From positions 1 to 64,000 of IMG/VR virus record IMGVR_UViG_2718218201_000002: a stretch of DNA of 64,000 nt; one strand, 5' to 3'. The position numbers and the translations under genes were made by a program. Below, piece by piece: positions 10,041-18,158 of the stretch. The DNA comes from a virus (taxonomy: Duplodnaviria > Heunggongvirae > Uroviricota > Caudoviricetes). The notes below the pieces were generated by a model. It made no database searches and had not been told where the DNA came from. It worked only from the letters and a program-made list of their open reading frames with translations. The number at the start of each line of letters is the position of its first letter. Within the stretch, counting starts at the first letter, position 1.

Positions 10041-10646
10041 TTAATTTATTTCTTTAGGTCTGTAATACACTGCTACAACATAACAGATAAACAGTAGTGC
10101 GACATTAACACTTTCCGTAATTACAGTATGCGGACTAGCACCTGTTAATAATAATAACAAAATTAAGTCTAACAATCCTACTGCAAATAAGCCGTATAAA
10201 AGTGGATTAGTTCCTTCTGAAGTTTTGACTTTATAAAAATGTTTTAGTTGTGACAAGTACGCCAGTATAATTGCTAATGACGCAAGTGCTTGAGAATGGC
10301 TCACTCCTACATTGTTTGTAATGAATGGCACCACCACTAAATAAGTTAATATAAATAGTACATATTTCGTTTTATTATTTTTATTGTGTACATGATTAAA
10401 GTAAAGGAAAAACATACAAGCAAACGAAGTGTTTACAATCTGTCCCATATACATGTACCACTCTGCTTCCCCAGTTTCAATAATATTTCGCAAGGTAATT
10501 GATGTAGCGGTTGCGATATAAAACCAAAAGGAAGTTGATACACCTCTATTAGTCTTATATTTTAAAGTAGTGTAAATTTGCGGTAAGTAGCCAATAATAA
10601 AAATTAAAACTACTAAAATATTTAACATGTGTAAAAAGTTTTGCAT
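10041..10646 (-). CDS. polytopic membrane protein, PnuC/PQ-loop-like transporter (tentative)
   Basis: 201 aa with 6-7 predicted TM helices. The GYLPQIYTTLK motif resembles a PQ-loop. Confidence 0.35.
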   Translation of the reverse strand: MQNFLHMLNILVVLIFIIGYLPQIYTTLKYKTNRGVSTSFWFYIATATSITLRNIIETGEAEWYMYMGQIVNTSFACMFFLYFNHVHNKNNKTKYVLFILTYLVVVPFITNNVGVSHSQALASLAIILAYLSQLKHFYKVKTSEGTNPLLYGLFAVGLLDLILLLLLTGASPHTVITESVNVALLFICYVVAVYYRPKEIN

Positions 10647-11428
10647 TATTTTCCACCCACGATAACACCTTGAGAGTTAATTTCTAAAGGATTCTCGCCT
10701 TTCCATTTATCAATCTTTTGTTTTTCAATGAGTTCTGGCGTCAAAGAATCATTAAGAATCTTGTTTGCTTTTGCTTCACCCTCAGCTTCAATACGTCGCT
10801 TTTCAGCATTAGCACTAGCAATTTGCTTGTCTGTTTTTGCTCTTTCTAATTCTTGGTTAGCCTTAACTCGTTCGTCAATTGATGCTTGTGTTGCTTTATC
10901 AGCTTCTGGACTTGACACTGCTATGTCCTCAATAATAAATCCTTCTTTTTCTAATCGTTTTTGAAGAGCTTCAATAGTATCTTTTTTAATTTCTCCTGCT
11001 TTAACACCAAATGTCTCAATTACCGAATACTTTGATACTGATTGACGTAAGCCATCTTGAACTCTTGTACGTAAATAGCCATTCTCTAATTGTTCAATAT
11101 CAGCATTTCCAAACTTATTAAAAATAGGAACAACTTTTGTTGCATCTACATGATAGTTTACACTAATACTCATTGTTAAATTCTTACCATCTGACGTCGC
11201 TACATTCAATTTGTCGTACTCTTTTGTCTGTGTACGTACTGGATAGTCCGTAGTACGGGTCAGTGGTGAAACTAAATGCCAACCAGCGTTGAGTGTCTTA
11301 TCTTTTACTCCGGCTGTACTGTACATTACGGCTACGTTCCCTTGTGGTACTTTCTCAATACAAGCAGTTAATAAAAGCAATGCTGCTACTGTCAATACTC
11401 CAATTGCTGCAACTAATCCTTTTGACAT
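10646..11428 (-). CDS. SPFH/band-7 (prohibitin/HflC-like) membrane-anchored protein
   Basis: N-terminal TM helix, SPFH core (PQGNVAVMYS...), then a long A/E/K-rich coiled-coil tail. Confidence 0.55.
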   Translation of the reverse strand: MSKGLVAAIGVLTVAALLLLTACIEKVPQGNVAVMYSTAGVKDKTLNAGWHLVSPLTRTTDYPVRTQTKEYDKLNVATSDGKNLTMSISVNYHVDATKVVPIFNKFGNADIEQLENGYLRTRVQDGLRQSVSKYSVIETFGVKAGEIKKDTIEALQKRLEKEGFIIEDIAVSSPEADKATQASIDERVKANQELERAKTDKQIASANAEKRRIEAEGEAKANKILNDSLTPELIEKQKIDKWKGENPLEINSQGVIVGGK

Positions 11429-11739
11429 TAAATATTCCCTCCATTTTTAATCTCATCAAGTGTTTGATTTACTTGTTCTAATTCATTTTCAAGTCTACGT
11501 ATTTCGTCCATAGGATAGAACATACCAACTTTTGTTCTAATTTGTTGTTCTAAAATACGTTGACGTGTTTTTAACTCTGCTTCCATTAACTTTTGTTCTT
11601 TCTTACTCTCTTTAGCCTTGTTTAATATTTCATGTTTTTTCTCTAAATGACTGAACACATTCATCAAATATGAAAGTAATAAATATAAAACAACAGCAAT
11701 AATAATTATGATTATAGCTCCTAAGATAAATAGCTTCAT
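11428..11739 (-). CDS. small TM + coiled-coil protein
   Basis: 103 aa. Hydrophobic N-terminus followed by a charged helix. Likely partner of the SPFH protein. Confidence 0.35.
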   Translation of the reverse strand: MKLFILGAIIIIIIAVVLYLLLSYLMNVFSHLEKKHEILNKAKESKKEQKLMEAELKTRQRILEQQIRTKVGMFYPMDEIRRLENELEQVNQTLDEIKNGGNI

Positions 11740-12296
11740 TTTAATTTCAACAACTCTTTTAACTCTGGTTTGTCTTTTAGAATCTCATGCAACAAAGTAA
11801 TAAAACTTAACCGATATACATCTTCTCCTGAATACATATAAAGTGCCCAATCTTTAGCTAATGGTTTAATATCATGCCATTTCAAGTACTTATGTAATTC
11901 GTCAATAACAGCGGATAAGTCCTCTACTTCGTATAATTCTTCGTAGTCTTCTTCTTTTAATTGTATTGAGTAGATAGTATACCCTTCTATTTCAGAATTT
12001 CGAAATGGTGTTACCTCATATCCTGCGCTATAAAACACTTCTAACTCTTCACCACTTAGTTCTTTAAAAGTCTTAAATATTGGTATTTTCTTTAAAACTC
12101 TTTTTTCGTATTCTGTTACAATACTGTTAAACTCTCTTATGGTGTCCATAAATTCTCTTTGTTTTTCTCTTTTTTTTTGTAATTCGCCATTTAATTCGTC
12201 TCTTGAATAAATCAATCCTTCAAATCCAGCTAAACCATTCATTATATCTACACCTTTCATTAATTTATTTTTGTAAATTGTCAACAACTTTACCAA
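11736..12296 (-). CDS. hypothetical protein
   Basis: 186-aa ORF. Confidence 0.35.
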   Translation of the reverse strand: MVKLLTIYKNKLMKGVDIMNGLAGFEGLIYSRDELNGELQKKREKQREFMDTIREFNSIVTEYEKRVLKKIPIFKTFKELSGEELEVFYSAGYEVTPFRNSEIEGYTIYSIQLKEEDYEELYEVEDLSAVIDELHKYLKWHDIKPLAKDWALYMYSGEDVYRLSFITLLHEILKDKPELKELLKLK

Positions 12297-13146
12297 TAAA
12301 ACTCTCTAATACTTTTACATTAATTGAATTTCCTGCTTGTTTATATAATTGCGCATCTGCTTTAATTAGCTCACCATTCTTGTATGTATCAGCTAGTGCT
12401 TTTCGTGCCTTATAAAACTGCTCATCTGTAAAACCTTGAAGTCTCCAATACTCCAACGGAGTTAAACCTCTAATATGTATATTGCTATCAATCAAATGGT
12501 TAATATTTTTGGAATCAATTAACTTAGAATAATCTCCTGTATCAAATAATACAAAGTTATTAGTTCTAGCTGCCTTCCCGCCTTTAGCAACTAAACAATT
12601 AGCTAAGTCGTTGTGTCTTAGTACAGTCATTCTACCTTTAAAATTAGGGTTGCTGTTAGCTAAATTCAAAGCTGACTTCTTAGAAAGTGTGTATGACTCA
12701 CTTACTTTTGACTCTAAATAATCACCAATTGTACGTTGTTGCTGCTTCTTAATATTTGGGAACTCAAATTGCTTTCCCAACATACTTACAACGAAAACTC
12801 GTGGGCGGCTTTGAGCTTCTCCAACATCACGTGGGCTAATAATCTTGTAATTTGATTCATAACCCAACTTGCTCAACTCACTTAAGTAAGCGTCAAAATT
12901 GTGTTTATGATTCTTATTTAGTACAGATTTGACATTCTCCCAGATAACAATCTTAGGTTTACATTCTGATACAATTCTAACTGTTTCCCACATTAAAGAT
13001 GATTTTGTTCCACTGTTTTTATCTCCTCCTTCTTGCTTACCAGCAATACTAAAGGACTGACATGGTGAGCCGTGGAACAATAAATCAACATCTTTAATTG
13101 TTGTGCCATCTACCAATCTTACGTCGGATAAATTTTTACTTTTATC
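12265..13146 (-). CDS. C5 cytosine DNA methyltransferase body (motifs IV-X), lacking motif I and an ATG in this orientation
   Basis: Carries GSPCQSFS (PCQ, motif IV), ENVKSV (ENV, motif VI), QSRPRVFVVS (motif VIII) and GNSINVKV (motif X). The upstream in-frame extension NLSDVRLVDG is the GDI region. Motif I is encoded on the opposite strand at 13188..13352. Confidence 0.7.
   Translation of the reverse strand, partial: DKSKNLSDVRLVDGTTIKDVDLLFHGSPCQSFSIAGKQEGGDKNSGTKSSLMWETVRIVSECKPKIVIWENVKSVLNKNHKHNFDAYLSELSKLGYESNYKIISPRDVGEAQSRPRVFVVSMLGKQFEFPNIKKQQQRTIGDYLESKVSESYTLSKKSALNLANSNPNFKGRMTVLRHNDLANCLVAKGGKAARTNNFVLFDTGDYSKLIDSKNINHLIDSNIHIRGLTPLEYWRLQGFTDEQFYKARKALADTYKNGELIKADAQLYKQAGNSINVKVLESFIGKVVDNLQK
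13127..13145. repeat. left inverted repeat bounding the invertible MTase 5' segment
   Basis: gataaatttttacttttat matches the reverse complement of 13336..13354 at 17 of 19 positions. Confidence 0.5.
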
Positions 13147-13187
13147 ACAATCACCTTAAACTTACATAAGAACAAGGAGACAGAACA

Positions 13188-13352
13188 ATGAAAAAGATTA
13201 GAATGTTAAGTTTGTTTTCTGGTATTGGTGCACCAGAAACAGCGATTAAAAATTTAGGATATGACCTTGAGCTCTTAAATTTTTGTGAGATAGATAAGTA
13301 TGCTTCTACCTCATACGAAGCAATTCACAAAGAAAATAAAAGTAAAATTTAA
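13188..13352 (+). CDS. C5-MTase N-terminal fragment (motif I FxGxG and EIDKYA..Y), 54 aa with its own RBS
   Basis: MKKIRMLSLFSGIGAPETAIKNLGYDLELLNFCEIDKYASTSYEAIHKENKSKI*. RBS AAGGAGA lies 8 nt upstream. It is inverted relative to the gene body. Confidence 0.65.
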   Translation: MKKIRMLSLFSGIGAPETAIKNLGYDLELLNFCEIDKYASTSYEAIHKENKSKI

Positions 13353-13354
13353 TC
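13336..13354. repeat. right inverted repeat bounding the invertible MTase 5' segment
   Basis: ataaaagtaaaatttaatc. It covers the last codons and the stop of the N-terminal fragment. Confidence 0.5.
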
Positions 13355-13525
13355 TTCATCAAACCATGCTTCAAGTATGTTTAATGTGCTCGTGTCTATG
13401 TATAAGTTCAAATCATGGTAAGAATAATATCCAACAACATCTACATCGTCGTATCCTACTTCATCGCCATTCCAGTCTGAATGCCATCGCAACTTATTGA
13501 AATCAAACGTTTCAAAATCGAACAT
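13352..13525 (-). CDS. small hypothetical acidic protein (57 aa)
   Basis: MFDFETFDFNKLRWHSDWNG.... Below the 60-aa track cutoff. Its stop is convergent with the MTase N-fragment stop. Confidence 0.3.
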
Positions 13526-13539
13526 GACAACATCACCTT

Positions 13540-13652
13540 ATTCAATTAAATTATTTTTGTTCTTTAGCTAACTCAATGCGTTCAATTGCAACATCGTAAT
13601 ATTCTTCATACCTTCTAAACAGTCTTCATTATAAATTTTGTTAAGTTCAATC
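13540..13652 (-). pseudogene. remnant of an N6A/N4C DNA methyltransferase (start and C-terminus only; core deleted)
   Basis: The ATG overlaps the Ndt stop (ATGA). It reads MIELNKIYNEDCLEGMKNI, a canonical N6_N4 MTase N-terminus, and then after a frame change YDVAIERIELAKEQK*, a typical C-terminus. Confidence 0.45.
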
Positions 13653-14271
13653 ATTTTGAAGCACCTAGCTTTTCTAATTCCTCTAGCACTTTCTCCCAAG
13701 AAATGAATCCTACGCCATTAGTGAGTTCCAATACAGCGCCGAACACAAACTGATTAGTGCTAAATTCAGCTCTATCAGGGTCATTATAGGGCTTGCCATG
13801 CCCTTGTCTAATATCTGAGCAGTAAATTAAAACGGGTTTGTTTACAACAGTATAGGCTTCTAAAACATCGTCTTGTGTTTTAGTATCTAACTTTCTAAAA
13901 TCTACAGAATCGTATTTATCTATAATTTTCTGTGCTTGATATTTCATACCAAGAATGATTCCAAGTTCTGTAATTGTTCCTAAGCCCTCGTTTAAGATAT
14001 CTAACACATAAATATCAGATGCTTTTATTGCTTTAAAATCATTGCGTAAAATACGTTCAGCAAGTCCTTCTTGTATTGCGTTTTCTTTATCATTAATTGA
14101 TTCGTCTTTGTGTGGTGAATAAGGTGTCACTCCTACAATACCTTCTACTAAGTTGTGTTGTTTTTCACGATAATCAACCATAGCTTCATTTAGTATATGA
14201 CCACCCATATAAACTACTTTGTCTTTAATAAGATTTGCCATCATTCTCCCCCTAAAATAAGTCTTTATCAA
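13651..14271 (-). CDS. nucleoside 2-deoxyribosyltransferase-like protein
   Basis: VVYMGGHIL...DIYVLDILNEGLGTITELGIILG matches the Ndt/Rossmann-like fold signature. Confidence 0.55.
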   Translation of the reverse strand: MIKTYFRGRMMANLIKDKVVYMGGHILNEAMVDYREKQHNLVEGIVGVTPYSPHKDESINDKENAIQEGLAERILRNDFKAIKASDIYVLDILNEGLGTITELGIILGMKYQAQKIIDKYDSVDFRKLDTKTQDDVLEAYTVVNKPVLIYCSDIRQGHGKPYNDPDRAEFSTNQFVFGAVLELTNGVGFISWEKVLEELEKLGASK

Positions 14272-14492
14272 AACATTAAGTCATAAATTTCATTCTTATC
14301 AAATAATTCAAAGTCATCTTTATGTAGCCACTCTATGTCGCTTAACAAATAATTTAACTTGTCATATCTTTTATGTTCGATAATTTTTGCTAACTCCTCA
14401 ACTATATCTTCAAGAGTATTTGGTCTAATATATGTATACTTTGTCATATTTTCACCTTTTGTATAATAATTTATTTTTAATAACCTTTCCAT
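14268..14492 (-). CDS. hypothetical small protein
   Basis: 74 aa, overlaps its neighbours. Confidence 0.35.
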   Translation of the reverse strand: MERLLKINYYTKGENMTKYTYIRPNTLEDIVEELAKIIEHKRYDKLNYLLSDIEWLHKDDFELFDKNEIYDLMF

Positions 14493-14791
14493 GTAAGCTG
14501 TTCGTAACTAATATCACCATTCTTAAACTTGATGAAACCATATCTTAAAAAATCATGAATACATACTTCAAAGATAGTCGCATCGTTTTTCTTGCTAAAG
14601 TACCTTTTTTCAATTTTAATATCTCTGGGCTTAATTACTTCTAGTTTAGTCATTAAGTCTTTCAGCTCATTTTCTGGTAACTTCCATTTATCCTCTGGAA
14701 GTCTAGCAAACAATTTCTTGGAGTCATTAAGTTCAATAATAAACTTTTTAATGTCTAAATACTCATGAAATGGTATCACATTACTCAACAT
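14477..14791 (-). CDS. hypothetical small protein
   Basis: 104 aa. Confidence 0.35.
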   Translation of the reverse strand: MLSNVIPFHEYLDIKKFIIELNDSKKLFARLPEDKWKLPENELKDLMTKLEVIKPRDIKIEKRYFSKKNDATIFEVCIHDFLRYGFIKFKNGDISYEQLTWKGY

Positions 14792-15113
14792 CTTTCACTC
14801 CATCTCTAATCTCATCTAAAGACGATTCGAGTGTGTTAATTTTATCCAACAAATACTCATTTTCATTCCTTAATTGCTCGCTTTCGCTTACTGTATCACT
14901 AATCACTTTTTCGGCAGCAAGTCTTGACTCAATTAACTGAGAAAGAACAATTCCTGTGTCATCAGAGTCTAATGATTTATCTAACAAATTATTACCGCTA
15001 TCGTTCATTACAATATTCTTGAGAGTATAATCTTCCTCGTCTTTTTTCAATAATACATAAAAGCTAGGCATTGTAATTTTGTAAACATTTTTGTCTTCCA
15101 TATGTATATCCAC
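14781..15113 (-). CDS. hypothetical acidic protein
   Basis: 110 aa. Confidence 0.35.
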   Translation of the reverse strand: MDIHMEDKNVYKITMPSFYVLLKKDEEDYTLKNIVMNDSGNNLLDKSLDSDDTGIVLSQLIESRLAAEKVISDTVSESEQLRNENEYLLDKINTLESSLDEIRDGVKDVE

Positions 15114-15126
15114 CTTTTAAATTTTA

Positions 15127-15375
15127 TTATTCATAACCAATGAATTGTAAATTAGAATCATTTAAAATGATATTCACAATATCAATATCGTATTCATCAA
15201 TTTCTGGCTCTTTTGTAAGTAAAATATTTTTCACATTAATTTGTTTGGCTATATTAATAATAAAGGTAATCCAAGTGTCACCCAAATCACTTTTCGTGAA
15301 TCTAAAACTCCCTGTAACCTTACCATCAGCGCTTTTACATTTATAGCTCTTGTCGTAAATAATCTCCTCAATCAC
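15127..15375 (-). CDS. hypothetical small protein
   Basis: 82 aa. Confidence 0.3.
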   Translation of the reverse strand: MIEEIIYDKSYKCKSADGKVTGSFRFTKSDLGDTWITFIINIAKQINVKNILLTKEPEIDEYDIDIVNIILNDSNLQFIGYE

Positions 15376-15534
15376 AAAGTTCCCTCCTACATTTTTTGTA
15401 GTAACTCATCACATTTTAAACCAATATGCTCAAGAGTGCTTTCAAGATTCTCTCCACTAAACAATGCTTCTTCACATTTGTCAAAAAACTCTGTTAACGT
15501 CACTGCGATTTCTCTATGTAATAGATAAAGATTC

Positions 15535-15906
15535 TTAGTCTTTTCCGTATTCATCACTTGCCTCCTTGTTCCATTTTGAATTGTCTTTCAGTAATTTTTC
15601 CTCGTGTAATAAATCGTTCAGGCATTTAAGCTCGCCGTCATCATAGAAAAATACTTTTGCTAAGTACCTTCCAAAGTTATCTGATTTATAGGTTTGTACA
15701 TAAATATCCATTTCAAAGACTTTTTCAATAACAAATTGTTTAGCTTCAGCATATAACGGCTGCCCACGTTCTGGTGTGTCAACGTCTAACAAGCGAAGTC
15801 TTTTGTCTGCATAAGTTTTGAAGCCGTAATCTAGTTGTACATCGATAGTGTCACCATCAACCACATTGACACACTTACCTTTAAAAATATACAATTTATC
15901 TTTCAT
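15535..15906 (-). CDS. thermonuclease (SNase)-like nuclease
   Basis: VVDGDTIDV...RLLDVDTPE matches the staphylococcal nuclease fold signature. Confidence 0.6.
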   Translation of the reverse strand: MKDKLYIFKGKCVNVVDGDTIDVQLDYGFKTYADKRLRLLDVDTPERGQPLYAEAKQFVIEKVFEMDIYVQTYKSDNFGRYLAKVFFYDDGELKCLNDLLHEEKLLKDNSKWNKEASDEYGKD

Positions 15907-15934
15907 TTCATTTACCTTTCAATTAATTTATTTA

Positions 15935-17260
15935 CTAATGATAAGACACATCATAAACTGTTTTATCTTCTCTAATTTGTTTAAAAGTTGGGAAACGTAA
16001 ACTTAAATTACCGTCTTTATCACTAGACTCTTCAAAATAGCCAACTTCAACAATTTTGTTGATAATTAGTTCTGGCTCTTGCCAATACTTCATTCTCTGT
16101 TTTTCTGTAAATCCTGAGCCTACTTGTAATTCATTTCCTTTATACTCAACAACAATACTTCCTAACTTACCACCACGTGTGTGTTCAACTAGCTGTAACA
16201 CTCTCAAATCAGCGCTATAAAAAGTCTTAAATTTTAGCAGCGTTTTTGTTCGTGTAGTTGTATAGTAAGCATTAATATCATCTAGCATAGTTCCCTCGTA
16301 TCCTAATTCTTCCATTTTCTTTTGAACACGTTGAATTTCTGCTAGGTCATTGCCTTGGTATAAAGATTTAACATTTGTAAAATACTTTCGACCTTGTTTA
16401 TTTCCATCTGTATATGTATTAAGAATTTCAGTATATTCGGCAACTTGTTCACGTCGTTTAGTAAATTTAAGTTTTGACTTACCGTCCTTGAATTCTTCTA
16501 ATGGCATACAATCAAACATAATATACTGTATATCTGACTTAATACCATCTTTTCTCAATCGACTTGAAGTAACTTTGAACAATTTATCACTACTTAAGTC
16601 ATTGTCATTAAATGCTAAAAGTTCGCCATCAAACATCATTGGCTGTTTGTGTTCCTCATAAAACGCTTCAAGAGCTTTTTCAAATGTAATTAAACCTTTG
16701 TATTCTTTACCGCTTCGTGCGAATAGTTTTACACCATCTTTATCTACTAAAGCTACACAACGATGTCCATCAATCTTTACACTTTGCGAATAAATTGCGT
16801 TCGCTTTCAACTCACCTTCAAACTTACTACCTTTACGCACATCAAATTTAAAGATGAAGTTTTTACCAAAGACTTTATTTAGTGTAATTTTACTTATGCC
16901 TGCTGGGTAATCTTTAATAACGATATTCTTAACAAGATTGGCAATATTTTCTCCATACTCATTTTTAAATGCTTGAATGTATCCTCTAACTAAAGCTATA
17001 TCTCTATCTTTACCAGAATTATTTTTTTTCAAGTAATCCATTAATACTTGTAAATTTGGATTATCGACCTCTACTGGATTAACTGGTTTGGCAATCTTTT
17101 TATTAGATAAGCCCGTTGTGATTAAGTCGTCGTATAAAAACTTTAAAACATTTTGCAATAACTCATCTTTCTTGCCACTTCTCAAAATACTTTCTTTTTC
17201 AATTCTGCTAGAAGTTTTTTTCAAACTTTCAAGCACTTCGTACAACTTCTGAATTTCCAT
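15935..17260 (-). CDS. ATP-dependent DNA (or RNA) ligase
   Basis: Motif I KIDGHR, motif IV-like EGTML and motif V LLKFK. 441 aa. Confidence 0.6.
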   Translation of the reverse strand: MEIQKLYEVLESLKKTSSRIEKESILRSGKKDELLQNVLKFLYDDLITTGLSNKKIAKPVNPVEVDNPNLQVLMDYLKKNNSGKDRDIALVRGYIQAFKNEYGENIANLVKNIVIKDYPAGISKITLNKVFGKNFIFKFDVRKGSKFEGELKANAIYSQSVKIDGHRCVALVDKDGVKLFARSGKEYKGLITFEKALEAFYEEHKQPMMFDGELLAFNDNDLSSDKLFKVTSSRLRKDGIKSDIQYIMFDCMPLEEFKDGKSKLKFTKRREQVAEYTEILNTYTDGNKQGRKYFTNVKSLYQGNDLAEIQRVQKKMEELGYEGTMLDDINAYYTTTRTKTLLKFKTFYSADLRVLQLVEHTRGGKLGSIVVEYKGNELQVGSGFTEKQRMKYWQEPELIINKIVEVGYFEESSDKDGNLSLRFPTFKQIREDKTVYDVSYH

Positions 17261-17648
17261 GATAACCTCCTTGTGCCACTAAACTCGCTTTTGTATTTAT
17301 AGCATGTTTCTTTAATTCAGGAATAAGGCGATGAAGCTCACGTGATTTATAATTATAAAATAATAATTCTTTTTCAGTTTCTCCACAATATTTATCATTT
17401 AATTTATTTTCTAAAGCATTAATAGTTGAATCAACCATTTGTAAGTATGGTTCTAACGATTCAATAAACTTATTGATTAATTCTAAATCATCTTTATCTA
17501 ACGCCTTATATCCTAATTTTTCAATATCATCTACCAATGATTGTGTTTCTTTCACTTCATTATGTAATTTGCTCATATATTGTTCTCCTCTATGTCTATG
17601 TGTTTTCTTTATATTGATATTATACCACATAACCACAAAGATAAGCAA
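17229..17648 (-). CDS. hypothetical protein
   Basis: 139 aa. Confidence 0.35.
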   Translation of the reverse strand: MLIFVVMWYNINIKKTHRHRGEQYMSKLHNEVKETQSLVDDIEKLGYKALDKDDLELINKFIESLEPYLQMVDSTINALENKLNDKYCGETEKELLFYNYKSRELHRLIPELKKHAINTKASLVAQGGYHGNSEVVRSA

Positions 17649-17657
17649 TAAAATATT

Positions 17658-18101
17658 TTATTTTTGTTTAACTAAAGTGTCATTGTGTTTAGCTTTGATT
17701 GCTGTATTACCAGCCATGATTTCTTTCGCTTCATCTGAAAAATGGTCAAACCAAGAGTTTAATTTCATAAACTTATTAACTCTATTCTTCTGTCGTCTTT
17801 TAAGTTGGTTTAATTTTTTCTTCCCACCTAAATCATTAAACGATTCTTTTGCTTCAAGACATCTTTGTTTCCAAGCACGTCTTTCTTGCAAGACATTTTG
17901 TAGTTCTTTACATAGTACCCATGCTTCATATGCGTTGAAGTTTCTTGTTTCAATGTCATGGTACAATTCGTTCACCTTAGCAGTAGTCTCGCTAACCATT
18001 TGCTTAGCATATGTAGCTTCTCTTTCTAATTCCTCTAAATACTGTTGTGTATTATTCACAATAATTGTCCCTCTCATTTTTAACCTCCTGAAATATGTCA
18101 A
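17658..18101 (-). CDS. hypothetical basic coiled-coil protein
   Basis: 147 aa with a K/R-rich C-terminal half. Confidence 0.35.
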   Translation of the reverse strand: MTYFRRLKMRGTIIVNNTQQYLEELEREATYAKQMVSETTAKVNELYHDIETRNFNAYEAWVLCKELQNVLQERRAWKQRCLEAKESFNDLGGKKKLNQLKRRQKNRVNKFMKLNSWFDHFSDEAKEIMAGNTAIKAKHNDTLVKQK

Positions 18102-18158
18102 TTAATTTATTTCTTATTATAGTATATATCGACCTTTACAATAAGTCAAGAATATATT

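Noticed and set aside
13117-13187. The MTase body having a genuine upstream ATG and promoter in the present orientation.
   Set aside because: The in-frame upstream extension (..FLCKFKVIVIKVKNLSDV) has no ATG or RBS. It encodes no motif I and runs into the RBS of the oppositely oriented N-fragment. The TTG start at 13116 gives a motif-I-less and presumably inactive protein.
18097-18116. TTGACA hexamers fused to the motif at 18097 and 8555, read as sigma-A -35 boxes.
   Set aside because: The RBS and start codon follow within about 15-25 nt, so there is no room for a -10 and a transcribed leader. The TTGACA here is more likely part of the motif family than a functional -35.
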